A stretch of DNA of 56,309 bases, the filler included, from Bipalium vagum (Eukaryota): assembly GCA_037834085.1 (NCBI GenBank). It is 3 parts of 3 records of this genome, joined end to end, with 100 filler letters (N's around TTAATTAATTAA, not from the genome) between each part and the next. Parts side by side here need not be neighbours in the genome. Positions count along the whole stretch, not along the records: positions 1 to 17,607 come from JBBMKC010059288.1; positions 17,708 to 33,415 come from JBBMKC010150372.1; 1 more part is not named here. The stretch is one strand, 5' to 3'. The notes beneath the pieces were generated by a model. It was not told the origin of the DNA and did not search any database. It worked only from the letters and a program-made list of their open reading frames with translations. The translations under genes were made by a program, and so were the position numbers. Shown piece by piece: positions 12,806 to 25,700 of the stretch; the first letter of the stretch is position 1, and each line of letters begins with the position of its first letter.

Positions 12806-15800
12806 GGCAAGTAACTGAAAGCATTGACTGCTGCTATTGCATTGAATATCGCCCTGAATGAAGAAATAATGTCATCAAATGTCAATAACCAAGCACACGA
12901 ATTAGAATCTTTTCCAGACACTCAGTAATGAAGAAACGAAGTACAGAAAATATATAACACACACGCACATAGGCACACCTCGTAGACACACTCAGACAAA
13001 AAATTAGAAAGGAACAAATGACGAGGATATTGTCAAATTGAACCAAATGTATTTATGGTAAAAGGCAAAATGTTTGCTAGTTAGAATGGAGAAATAAAAA
13101 TTATTTATAACCACTAAATTGATGACCTTATTTCAAATAAATTTCCTTAAAGAGGTTAATTGGAAAGAGTTGTTATTATTAGATAAGGAATTTAGTTAAA
13201 TAAAGTCAAAACACAATATCTAATCTACCAGCAAATGATGGATACTGTGCTTTTAATCGAATCAAATAAGTCTAATAATTTCAGCTAATTGTGCCATGAT
13301 AAATAGGAAATCAGTAATTAATGTTCTTCAGATGTCTTTAGAAATCATTTCAAAGAAAACGGTAATGTAGCGTAATGTAAACGGTTTAAAGTTTAAAGAA
13401 ATCAATTGTAAAATCCGGTTTCATGTTAAATTTAGTATATTTTTTCAGGAAACTAATCAAATTACCTTGAAGAACTATAGACATAATTATATACATTGAA
13501 TATTATAATTCATATACAATATATTTATTGTTCATCTTTAGAAAACTGTCATTAAAAATAAATTAATCAATTTTTTAAAAGGAATGGATTGTTTAACAAA
13601 CCATAAATTCTAAAATCTTTCTCTACCGTTAAAGAACAGATTAATACAAATGATAAATGAAAAATAATCAAAAATGCACTTTTATAAACCAATCAAAAAC
13701 GACATTACATTCTTCTAACTTTAATAATAATTAACTCCTTGAAACTTCATTTATCATCATCTCCATTCACAAAGTATCAATCATGTTGATTATCGAAATC
13801 AACCGTTTACATTTACTTTACCCAATCTCAATAAAATAATGATAATAATATTACTGTTACTATTAAATATACAAAAAAATTTCACATTAACTATTATTGA
13901 TTTCTAATAAAGACATGAATTTTCCATTGATTTTGTGATTAATGTGAATAAATCTTAGAAAAATATTTCATTGCGTATCAGGATAATATTTAATTGAAAT
14001 TTTAATGATTAATAGTTCAAAATTGAAAAAACTAATAACCCATCGAATGGAAAAATAATCAATAAAGAAAATTATAAAATTAGTTCTGTAAACTTATGAA
14101 AATAAAATTGTTTTAAAATATTTCAGATAAAACAAACACAACGAAAAGCGCACATTTTTAAAAAAATCAAATTTTCCCATAGAAATTATTTAAGCTTTAT
14201 AAATAATAATTAATTAAATATAATTATTTCAATATTGTATAAATTACTAGAGAATAGCTTACATTGTAAAGTTGTAGCTTGAGTTCGTGATAAAACAAAT
14301 GTCTCGTTATTTGGTTTGCAGTCCAATAGTCAAACTGGTAAACATGCCTGAGTGATAGATCAATTGCTGAGATAATCAATAAATGCAATACTTAAAAGCA
14401 AAATGCAACACATTCAAATGGCTACCGCATTTGTCATAATTAAGTAAATATTTATCATCACTAAGCCAATAATTATTTTTTCTATAAATTAAATGTTTCC
14501 ATATCTTAATAACATATACGAAAAAAAAGCTTTTTACTGGTCATCTTGAAAATAGAAACCGAAATATTTTTCTTCATCAATTCCAAGTGATAAAGCTACA
14601 CATTTTTTAAACATGTAAACAGTTTGCTTTGATAGCTTAATAACATAAATAAAAATAAATGGCATTTTATAAAAAAGTTTACTTCAGTATTATATATTTT
14701 ACTGGATTTATCTGCGAAAATAACAGTAATATTAGTACCTTCAGTCATTACATCTCGTTGTTACAAATTCTCTAAATTTAAATTATCGTTTAAAATTTGT
14801 GTTATATTGACTTCTAATTACATATAGTCATGAGTTTTTTAATATTTTATACACTACTCATTTAAAAAATTCAAAAAACATAAATAAACTAAATTCATTT
14901 TAAACGAAGCATACCTTTTTCTTTAATCGCACACTAAAATAATATATTAAAACAAGTAGTTTTAATCAAAATTCAATTTGAGTACTGTACGAAAATTCAA
15001 CATTTTTAAAGTTTTTTATTAAAAAGTCTGAAATGATTTAATTTTAAATATTTTTATAATTTGTAAATTGATTAGTAAACAAAACATTTTAAACATGGAA
15101 TAAAAAAAAATATCATAAAAATTGAATTTCTTTAAAACATTTCTTGATTTTTATTTTCTTAATAGAAATACTGAAAAAATCAAAACTTTAATATAGTAAT
15201 TATTATTCCATGAAATTCTTATCCTAACATCGAGACAATCTCAGTTCTTGTTATACTTTATAAGCTGACCATTTAGAATTTTTAATCGTCCTACAATAAA
15301 TGTAAGGAAGTTTTGATCTCTATAAATATGTTAAAAGTATTGGATCTTCATTTTGTTAAAAATTCATTACTCGACAATAGGAATGAGTTTATGATTATTT
15401 ATTTTGTATTTTTGAGGTCTCATCAAAATATTTTTTGGAATTCAAATTTCATTTGAAAAATCATAAGTATTTTAATCAAAATTTCAAATATTTTATAAAT
15501 GTAGAGGCATAACTCGAAGATCCCTTATAGTCGCTTTTGATAACTTGTTCAGAACAAAGCCATCTAGGGTCTACACTGACTCATAAATAAATTGTAGCTG
15601 GAATCTATGTTGATTATCAAGGTTTCAGAAGATTTAAAATTATTGATAAAAGATTGGTGTAATAACCAACCTGTCTTTCTTTAATTTCAAATTACATCTG
15701 ATTGTAATTTTTGTGAATCAATCATTTATACTTGTATAGCGTAAGTATTGATTATAAATAATGCTACCATAGTTCTTTAGATGTTGCGCATTTTCTCCGT

Positions 15801-15848
15801 TAAAATTTCAGAGTTATGCATTATTAAACATAATTCCTCGTGAAAATA

Positions 15849-17077
15849 TACAAGGTGTCCAGAAAAAGAAAATGTAACAAGGATCTTATTTTTTACTTAA
15901 TTAAAAAAACCTTTTTATTAAGAAAGATCATATTCCAAAGTTTTATTTCATAGAAAAAGTTGTTACATATACTACTTTAAAATGTCACCATTAACATCAA
16001 TACAAAAATTTAGTTTTTTTACAATACTATCACAAACTCCTTGTAGAGTATCTTTTTAATGGAATCTATTTCTTGCTCAATCTTTTTCTTCAGATCGTCA
16101 ATGTTGAGGAATGCTTTGTAAATATTTGTCTTAATGTTCCCCGTAGAAAAAATTCGAGTGAAGGTAAATCTATAGAACGTGGTGCCCAAGATATTGGATC
16201 ACCTCTACCAATCAACCGTCCTTTCAGTTTTTCATTTAACCATACGCTAATATCTTTGCAAAAATGTGCTTGAGCTATATTTTGTTGCAAGATGATCTTA
16301 TTACTAAGTCATTTTCGTTAGATGATAGGATAAAAGTAATCCTTTAAAATTTTTAGATAATATTGTCGTTGATTGTTTAATCTTTTAAATAGAATGGACC
16401 AATAATTTGCGTTCTAGACATTGAACATCATAAGTTCACTTTGGCTGAAAAATGAATAACTTCGACGGTTGTGAAAAGGATTAGATGGCGCCCAACATCG
16501 GCAATTATGCTTATTCACAAATCCGAAAATGTGAAAAGTTGATTCATCAGAAAAATTATGTTGCCATTATTTGTGTGATCTTCACGAAACGGTATCAGCT
16601 TTTTCGACATTTATACACGCAAGTCCATATCTTCCTTATTTAAATGTTGCACAATATGCATTATGTATGGTCTATAGTCAATAATTTCTCACATTATTCG
16701 ATGTGCTTGATATTTCGTGCAACAGTCCGAACACTTTTTGAAGATTCATTATTCAAAACTTGCTTAACTTATTTAATTTTATTTTCTGTTATTTTGGAAG
16801 TCTTTCCTGGACGAATACTGTCCTCAACTTAGTCGCTTTTCAGGTATTTTTGATATAATAACGTAATGGCAGGTCTTTCTGGAATATTCATTACACCACG
16901 TCGTTTCAATGCACAAATTACCATGATAAGTGACTCATACATTGTCATTAAGATTACAATTTGAATTAATTTCATACAAGATTATATTTTGAATATTACA
17001 CTTATAACAAATTTGCATTAAGATCATCAGAGATATTAACTTTTCTTTTTGGTATGTGATTTAACGAACACCCAGTA
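15849..17077 (-). mobile_element. DD41D (rosa/Visitor-type) ITm transposon relic
   Basis: FSDESTFHI..FVNKHNCR and QQNIAQAH...GRLIGRGDPISWAPRSIDLPSLEFFLRG (consensus QQDGAPxH...WPPRSPDLTPLDFFLWG). There are 41 residues between the second and third catalytic positions. Degenerate TIRs TACAAGGTGTCC (15849) and GAACACCCAGTA (ending 17077). Confidence 0.85.
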
Positions 17078-17160
17078 CGAAGGTAGATTGAAAAGTTAGG
17101 TGAATAATAAATTTGACAGTGTCATATTTAAACCTTTGCATATAAATTTATTATTATTAA

Positions 17161-17220
17161 ATTATTCTAACAGTAATTGATTTATTTACAAGATATGCTT
17201 TTGCTGTTCCTCTAAAAAAT
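17161..17220 (+). mobile_element. integrase core fragment (Maverick/Polinton-like)
   Basis: IILTVIDLFTRYAFAVPLKN matches the YILTVIDVFSKYAWAVPLK motif of Maverick-type rve integrases. Only 20 codons long. Confidence 0.65.
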
Positions 17221-17339
17221 GTTGGGTTAGCCAAGGGCACATCCTTGAAAACCCTTGCAAAGTATATGGTAAAAACCACAATAGGGTTTAAATTGATAAT
17301 TAGTAATTAATTAATAAGACCGCGAGAGATCAGAAATAA

Positions 17340-17341
<2 letters not shown>

Positions 17342-17380
<39 letters not shown>
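17342..17380 (+). repeat. (TAA)n microsatellite
   Basis: About 13 TAA units are directly visible. Confidence 0.95.
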
Positions 17381-17383
<3 letters not shown>

Positions 17384-17443
17384 TAATTATTAATTAATTA
17401 ATTAAAAAATAAAAAAATGAGCAATTAATTATTTCTAAAAAGA

Positions 17444-17607
17444 ATCTAATCTTGACAATGGCAAACCTAAATTGCCAAGATTAAGTCAGGGTCCACAAGG
17501 AGGGACCGATTAAGTAATTAATTATTATTGTTAAGGGATCTGATCTTGACAATGGCGAACCTAAATTGCCAAGATTAGATCAGGGTCCGCAAGGAGGGAC
17601 CGATTTA
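17444..17607. repeat. 94-bp-period tandem repeat (at least 2 copies, truncated by the gap) with internal inverted repeats
   Basis: Unit ATCT(A/G)ATCTTGACAATGGC(A/G)AACCTAAATTGCCAAGATTA...CAGGGTCC(A/G)CAAGGAGGGACCGATT starts at 17444 and again at 17538. Confidence 0.9.
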
Positions 17608-17707
17608 NNNNNNNNNNNNNNNNNNNNNNNNNNNNNNNNNNNNNNNNNNNNTTAATTAATTAANNNNNNNNNNNNNNNNNNNNNNNNNNNNNNNNNNNNN
17701 NNNNNNN
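17608..17707. other. artificial contig-joining linker (44N-TTAATTAATTAA-44N)
   Basis: Exactly 100 bp with a six-frame-stop 12-mer at the centre; identical to the second gap. Confidence 0.95.
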
Positions 17708-17839
17708 TTAAATAAATGTTGAAGGTATCTATAATTGATTGTTTCCATACTTTAATTTTTACTTACTTGAAAGTTTTAATTAAAATTTGTTAATTTACCA
17801 TTATAAAATCAAGTGTCCCAATACTTTTGCACGGTAGTG
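17708..17839 (+). mobile_element. Tc1-like right end (TIR)
   Basis: GTGTCCCAATACTTTTGCACGGTAGTG followed by TA repeats; similar to the TIR at 5965-5989. Confidence 0.7.
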
Positions 17840-18731
17840 TATATATATATATATAACTCTTATTATAACGGTTCTGAACATTATAATTGAAGAAGATTGA
17901 AAAGGTAAAGAAACAAATGATCTTCCTCTTAAAAATTTAATTTCATGAATTGAAAAGTTAAATATGAAAAACTATCTATTATTCAACCGGTTTTATTTAA
18001 TATTTGCAAAGTATTTTTCCATTTCTAAAGATTTCATTACATTTTCTGTTTTTGATTTAATTTATATATTGTTGTTATTGTTACTGTAGCATATGAAATT
18101 TTTAAGTTGAAAAATTTTGAATTTAAATTTAAAGAAAACATAAATGGCTAAAAAAATTGTCAAGGTTAATTTAATATTAATGAATTTAATATCTCACGTT
18201 ATACAATTTTTTTAGAATCGAGACTTTCAGGGTGATTTTTTTCATTAGCGGAACGTTTTGTGGAGTGTAGCGATTTTAATAGCGACCACTTCGGTTAAAT
18301 CTAAATAATATACTAAATAGTTACAAAGTAAAACTAAAAAGTAATAATAATTTGAGATTAAATTAATCATTTAAAAATTCGACATGTTGCAGCTATTTCG
18401 AATGAGATCCAAATTAATTAATTTATTAAGTAAAATGTTGAGTTTTTAATTTAATATTAAAATATTTATTAGAAGAGAAAAATATAAAACAGACCTTTAT
18501 GAAACATAGGTTAATTTAAAGGTAAAATTATAGAATTTTGTAATATTTTAGAAATATATCGAATTAAATTTAATTAAAATTCTAAAATTAATTAATTAGA
18601 CTTAATCCGACTTAAAGCTATTTTAATGGACAATGCTAAATATTTTTAAAAAATAATAAAAATCTAGGATTTTATAAAATATATTTTTAGTAGTAAAAGA
18701 AATTTAAACAGAATTAAAAATTAGTTTTGCT

Positions 18732-18900
18732 TCAAAATCTGTTTTGCTGCAACTCATTCTCATAAAATCTACCTAATATTTTTTCATCTTTTAAATGTAT
18801 ACTGCCATAAACAACTGGATTTATATAATAAATATTTCCTCTGTCCACTTTACACTGTTTAACCTTTTTCAAATTTCTTTTTATAATTAGTGAGTTTACC
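18732..18900 (-). mobile_element. Maverick/Polinton-type integrase C-terminal relic
   Basis: Frameshifted FEKG*T..KWTEEIFII and NPVVYGSIHLKDEKILGRFYENELQQ match KGYTxNWTxEIF...PxVYxLxDxxGExIxGxFYExELQ of Maverick-like integrases. Confidence 0.75.
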
Positions 18901-20146
18901 CAACTCAGCAGTTCGCTAAAGCCCAGCAAAGGCGATAAAATAATATGGGGACCGCTAAAGGAGTCAATAATAATAAAAATTAAGGTGGTTTAATGTACTT
19001 CTTGGTGACATTTTAGAGATATTTTTTAAGAAATTCACAACACCATTATTGCTCCATTATTTAAGAAAACAAACTGATTAATGAATATAAATGATTTTAT
19101 CATGTAGTAGAGTAAGAATGGTCCATTTATAAAAAAAATTATAATTGAGTGTAATCCCCATTAGTCATTTATAATCTACTGCTTGCTAGTGTTTTTAAAG
19201 TAAAAGTGTGGGGGAACAACTATTTCTGCAATAATCTCGGTCCAATAATTTTTAATTATACTGCTCAAAGTAGTATTCGTCAAAATGGCGAGCAGTTTTA
19301 TAAAATATAAACATTACTATATTTTAAAATATACTTATCAATTTTTTGAGTTTTTTCTCTTTCAAAGTAAATAAAACATGTTAATACCAAGTTTAATTTT
19401 AGAGATAGTTAAAACCGGACAATAATGTCTGTTAAAAGAAATATATTAATTTTATTCATAGTGGAGAAAAATTTCTCCAAGTCTATCAAATTTCATGTTA
19501 ACATTTATGACATAAAAAGATATTAAAAACTAATAATGGTAAACATTTGACATAGCATTAATTAAGAATTTATAATTGTCGACAAAGGACAATGGATATT
19601 TTATAATTTAAAAACGTAAAAATTTCTTAGATGACAGCAAAAGATTTTCTAAGTCTGAAAAGTAAAAAAAATACCCTAACGTGAGATTAAGACATTTTCA
19701 CATATATGACTAAATTTTCTTTTATGGAATTTTTTCAATAAATGAAAAAAATTTTCAATGATAAATATTACCAACTTCAAGCTGAATTTTATTAATTTAA
19801 ATCATTAGTATTACTTAAAATAAGCTCAATAGCTACAGACAGTATTTATTGTTCAATTTTATGAAAATTGATTTAGACCAATTAAATCACTGAAAAGAAT
19901 GAGGCGAAAATATAAATATATTGTCTAATGATGAGAATAATAATGTTAATATTTCCAATTATAAACAATATATCCCGCTAAGAATCGATTTAAGATTGTT
20001 ATGTAACACATAATCAAAGAAGCTGAAGTTACACATTAGTTATTAAATAGGGTTTAATTGTATATATAACTGTATATATGTAATTGTAAATATGCATCTA
20101 AATGATATTTTATTATTTAAACTAAAATTAACATTAATGATTCCCA

Positions 20147-21106
20147 ATGTTACCTAACATCTTCAATTTTCGTGCAAATTCTGAAAGAAAGTATTTCTTT
20201 TTCGTTTTATTAACAGTTATTATTATAACAATTACAATATTACCAAGTTTCTTAAATCGAAAGGTAGACACAGTTCCTTTTGGAATGAAGGATTTTGACC
20301 AATTCGCAAACAATAATGCAAATCATAGCATCTGCTTGTCAAAAATTCATCTGACTTATGGAAAGCAGAACACTGAAAACAGTGAAAAGAACGAAATGAT
20401 CATTTACATTTTAAGTCATTCGATTCGCAAAAGGGTAAGAGACTCAATTAGAAATTCATGGGCATCCAATTTAACTGTACGTTTTGTCGTTGGAGTTCAG
20501 AAAAGTTGGTATCATGACAATTATATTCTTTCAAAAGAAAATAATAAACACAATGATATTTTACTAATGGATATAAATGAAGAAAACTTTCAACATAGTT
20601 GCAAAATATTGCTTTGCCTGCAACATTTTATCAGTAACAAGGCCGCCAAGTTTATGGTAATAGTAGAAGATGATGTATTTATCAATACTTGGACACTTCG
20701 GCGTTTTATAAGCAATATTGCCGGAAACGATGAAAATTTTATTGGTGGATATGTCGTACACGATAAAATGGTACAGGCAGTTCAACTAAACAACCCAAAT
20801 CTCAAGGGGAATTTCAGATTCAACTTATTTCCTCCATATCCTTTGTCAAAATTTATTTTAATTTCTAAGAAGTGCGCAATTTTGTTACACAACAAAGCTA
20901 AGACAGTAAAACTATTTCCTATTGGAGATATTTTTGTAGGGATGTTATTATTTGCCACAAATATAAAACCATATGAAATGAATAAGTGGATTATTATCCA
21001 TAGAGCTTCATCAAACGATGATAGGAACATTATTTCCATTTCCAAAGTTTATTTCGACATTGTTTTCAAATTTTTCCAGAATCAAAGTCTATATTATAAT
21101 AACTAA
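20147..21106 (+). CDS. beta-1,3-galactosyltransferase-family (GT31) type II membrane protein, intronless, 319 aa
   Basis: N-terminal TM segment (FFFVLLTVIIITITILPSF) and GT31 motifs RDSIRNSWA, FVVG, ENNKHNDILLMDINE, VEDDVFIN, FPPY and GDIFVG. AATAAA lies just downstream. Confidence 0.9.
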   Translation: MLPNIFNFRANSERKYFFFVLLTVIIITITILPSFLNRKVDTVPFGMKDFDQFANNNANHSICLSKIHLTYGKQNTENSEKNEMIIYILSHSIRKRVRDSIRNSWASNLTVRFVVGVQKSWYHDNYILSKENNKHNDILLMDINEENFQHSCKILLCLQHFISNKAAKFMVIVEDDVFINTWTLRRFISNIAGNDENFIGGYVVHDKMVQAVQLNNPNLKGNFRFNLFPPYPLSKFILISKKCAILLHNKAKTVKLFPIGDIFVGMLLFATNIKPYEMNKWIIIHRASSNDDRNIISISKVYFDIVFKFFQNQSLYYNN

Positions 21107-22782
21107 ATACTTTGTAGACTTATTTATGTTTAAGAATAAAACTAATATAATTTTTACAATTAATTATATTTTATAATTCCACGCAATTATTTTTAAAATT
21201 ATTTAGATTTTTGAAAAATAGAATAAAAATTTTTAATCTATTAAAGTTATAATTAAAAATATTAATATGTATAAATCCTGTTTGTTAATTATCAATGTCT
21301 TTTATAATAATAAAAATAATATTTTTTTTAATGATATAATGAGTCGAATATTAATTAAGAGCATACGTGAAATTAATAGTTCTAATATATATTTTAAAAT
21401 TAAAAATAAATAATAATTGCTAAAACTCTTCGATAATACTTTCTGAAATGATTTGTGACTACCATATGACATCTCATTGTTTTTGATTTATATTTTTTAT
21501 GAATTAAATTTTATTTGAATAATCATTTACTTTGTGCAATCTTTTTTGACAATGACCAATTTTGGTTTGATATTTTAGATTTTTGTATAAAATAGGAAGT
21601 TAATATTGTATTAGTTTGTTAGGTCTAAACTTTTTTATATAAACAAAATGTTAAACTTGTGCAGGAGATCTTTTGAAAATATAAAGATTTAACAATTTAG
21701 TCTCTGACTTAATTTTAAAATTAATAGATAGACCAAGTTAATTTTATATAGTACTTAACTTATTTTTCTCATTCTTTTCAGTATTTTTATGGAGTTATTG
21801 GCAATAGAAAATAATATTTTGTTTTAAAATTTTCAAAATTCTTACTGTGCAATTATTTTGAGATTTTATTATTCATTATTGTGTTAATTTTATTGGTCTC
21901 ATACTAAGAGAAGCAGGAGTGGTTAATTTTGAAAAAAAAGAACCTAGACTAAAGATAGACATTTGAACAAGGATATAAACAGATTTGTGAAAATTCGATA
22001 AGTTTTAAAAATTATATCTTTTTAGAGAATTTTGAAAAAAACAATAATTCGGATTTGGAAAAAATATCATGTTTTCCTGAAACAATTGCATAATATGTAT
22101 TCATTATAAAACAATTTGAAGATCTATTTACGATATAAAAAGTACTCAGATTTAAATTATTCTTTTATTTCAATGGAATTAAAATTACGTTTGATAACAC
22201 TCACAAATCAATCGATTTTAATTTAAATTCAGGAATTTTATTCTAATGCACATAAATGAAAGTTGTTACACTCTATTAGATTTTTTTTCCAGAAATAAAA
22301 TTATTGTGTGGATCTTGAAAAATTTCGATATATGAGATATAGTTGAATTATCAACATACTTGTAGCTCTTTCAAATTACCCAAGAAAATTTATATTTGTG
22401 ATCATTTGTTCTAAAGGTTTAAGATATACAAATCTTTTATATTTTTAGTTGATTGAAAACTTGTTATAATCAAGTGCACGACCTATACATAAGTTTTTAA
22501 AATCACAACATTCTTTTGCATAAAAGAACCTCTAAAAACTTCAGAATTTACTAAAAATTTTCATTAATTTTAAAATGTCAAAACTAAACATTCATTAACA
22601 AAGATACATTTAAAAGCCTCTAATGACTTGATACTAAACATAAATCATTTCATATTTACTATAACTAAGTAATAGAAAGTTAATTTTCTAAACAAAATCG
22701 TTAACCATTTATTCTAAATTAATAATTAATAAAATTCTTGATTAATATTTAACATAATTAGAACAATCTTTTCTAGATAAAT

Positions 22783-25700
22783 TCACACTTCTATTCCAAC
22801 ACCAAAAAAGTTGTCTGAGTCAAACCAATTTTCTTTATTTTTTTTGCGTTTATCGTTTAATTTTGAAGTTACTTTTGAAGGAGTTTTTCTAATATTGCAG
22901 AGCTATATAAATATTAATCTTGTAAAAATCAAAATAATAATCAATTAACTTTTCCAGCACTCTTACAATCAGATAGACCCTTAAATGATAAATATAATTA
23001 AACTTAAATTTGAAAAACTAATACCAATTTATTTGACATAGAATTTCTTTTTGGAGTTATTGGTGATACTGTGGCACTGTTAATCGAAGAACCTTTTGGT
23101 AAAACACTTATTTGAAAATTTTCTTGATCGATACTCTTTAAGTCAATATGAACACTTTCTGAACTTGATGATTCATTGTCTGAAATTTCCATTTTTGTTT
23201 CAATAAATTCACTTTCGTCAAACAACACTTTTCGCTTTTTATTTGCAGATCCAGGTTGTCGAAGAATTCCTTTTGGTGTTTTTTGAGGTGTCTGTCTTTC
23301 TCTTGCTAACTATATGTTTATTTCATTATAATGTTTATTAAAATTTATTTATATACTTCGAAATGCTGATTAGACAAAGATAAGCCAACCATATAATTCA
23401 GATTTGAAGAAATTGTAGATGCCTTAGGTGTTGCTAAGTTTGATTTTTTTATATAATCTGGCATTTGGCTACTTGATGGTGAACTTATTTTACTTTTTAG
23501 TTCATTGTATTCCAGTTCAACTTTATTTAGTTTTAAAATTATATTAGTCTTTTCTTCAATTTCATTAAGTAATTTGGAAATTTGAATAGCATTTTCAGCC
23601 TCTTTTGTTTCAAGTATTTTTTTATTATTGCTCAATTCATCAGCTTTTTTTTCCTTAAAAATACTTAAATTTTTGATTTATTATTTTAATTTACCATGGA
23701 AGCGATATTTTCAGAAAGATCATTTACTGACAATAATGCACTGTTCAATTTTTTCTGAATTTGTTCCTAAGAAAATCAAATAATTTTTGAAATATTAAAA
23801 TTAAAAAATATAAAAATACAATTAGTGAAATGATAGAAATAAATCAATAAATAAAACAGAAAATTTTTTTTTCATTTTCTTGAAACAGTTTATATTAGAT
23901 TCATATTTGTACAAATATTGTTGCATATTTATTACATGTATTATTCACTGACACGTTAACGGTATTGTTCGAATTCATAAGTCAAAATTGAAAGTAGTAT
24001 TTATTTCACAAAAATAGTTGATTATTTGAAAGAAATTCTCTCCTTTTTTTTAATATATAAGTAAATCAACTATGCCATATTTTAATAAAATTTTAATGAG
24101 ACTAATAACTTATTTATTCAGAAAATCTTTTAAAATTATTTATTATTTATTATTAAAATTACCTAAATGCACCTTTCAGAATGCAAGGGACCCAAATGGA
24201 GTCAGTTGGTGAATAATTATAATAAAATAAAATTTGTTGTGTGATTGTCAATCTAAATGTCCTGAGTGGTGGCTATATTGAGTATTAAGTTGCCACTCAA
24301 GAAATTTCAACATGCAATAAAATAGATTCGATGGTTTTTGGGGTAATATTTTATTTGAAGCGCTAGTCAATTACTGACTTTGTCATTTTATTAGTATGCA
24401 TATTCTCCTCATAAAGAAAAGGGAATAAAAAATTATTGCCCAAGACTGAATACAAGACGACAGTTGAAGAGTTGAATTATTGGATAAAACCTTGAATACT
24501 TGATTTTCTTCCCCTGTTTTGAATTCTTAACGAGATGTAACTTCTTGTACAGAATTATAAAAGAACGAAAGTAAATTTTTTATGTTATTAAAGAATGCAG
24601 AGTTAACCCTATCCATCTCGGTAGTCCTTATTTAATTAACAATCTTTTTACGAATTTGATTAACCAAACATTTTTCTTTGTGAATTTGCTCGCAAAGTGA
24701 CTCATAGTGGAAAAATCACCCACAAATAGACATGGATACCAAATACATTATAAATTATATATATGATAATAATTTCATATAATAATTTTTATCTTTTTAT
24801 TTATTACATTAAATTGATTTGTACGTATTTTTCTATTTTTATATTATTATAATTTTTCCAAAACCTATGATAATTTTAAAAAATAGTTATGAAATATTTA
24901 CAAAAAAAATCACGAGGTTTTATTGAAACTAACTTTCTCATATATAGAACTTTTTAGATTGTTTTCCAATTTTTCTATTTCATTCTTGTGATTAACTAGA
25001 CATTTGGACATTTCAGTCAATTCAATTTTCTGTAAGATAAAAAATATAAATTTTTAGAAAACTTAGAAACAAACTGATTTATCAGAGAAGTTCTGGGAAT
25101 CTAATGTTAGGTTATTAACTAAAGCTTTAAAATTTTCGATTTCTTTATTTTTCTTTTTCTCATTAATTTCATTTTCATTTTTGCATTGTTCTAATGTAAA
25201 CATTAATTCTTTACGCAAATCTTCTCTCGATTTAAGAACATTTTGTTTATCTTTTGACAAGTCATCCACAAATGTCTCCAAAGAAGAAATTTTACACTTA
25301 TATTCTGACAACAGACTTTCTAGTTGATTAATTCTATTTTCGTAATTCTTAATTTTTTCAACATCAGATTTGTGTTTTGTACTCATTAAATCGGCTTGAT
25401 CCATTTGCTTTGAAAGTTCAATAACTTTTAAGGCTGAAAGAGTTTTCATTTCCTTAACACTTTAAATATTAATTAAAAAAAATAATAAAAAACTTCGCAA
25501 TTTTTCTCTAAATTTTTATTCAATTTTAATACACTTTCATATTTATTATTCAATTCTTCATTCTCATTTTCTAAATCCTTTATTTTTAAATCCAGGTCTG
25601 TTTTGGTATATCTATTTCAAAAATAAATATTTTATCCACATTTATCATTTACCTGAGGCTATTTATACTAGTGTTAAGTTTCGCAATTATTTCTTCTTTT

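Noticed and set aside
17444-17607. CRISPR array or hammerhead/HDV ribozyme
   Set aside because: Eukaryotic context, only two long units and no cas genes. There is no CUGANGA/GAAA core. The minus-strand UCCUUGC resembles the HDV L3 loop but lacks the following GG (P1.1) and P1 pairing.
17652-17663. TTAATTAATTAA as a biological motif (e.g. piggyBac target site)
   Set aside because: It is centred in identical N-padding at both gaps, so it is an assembly linker.
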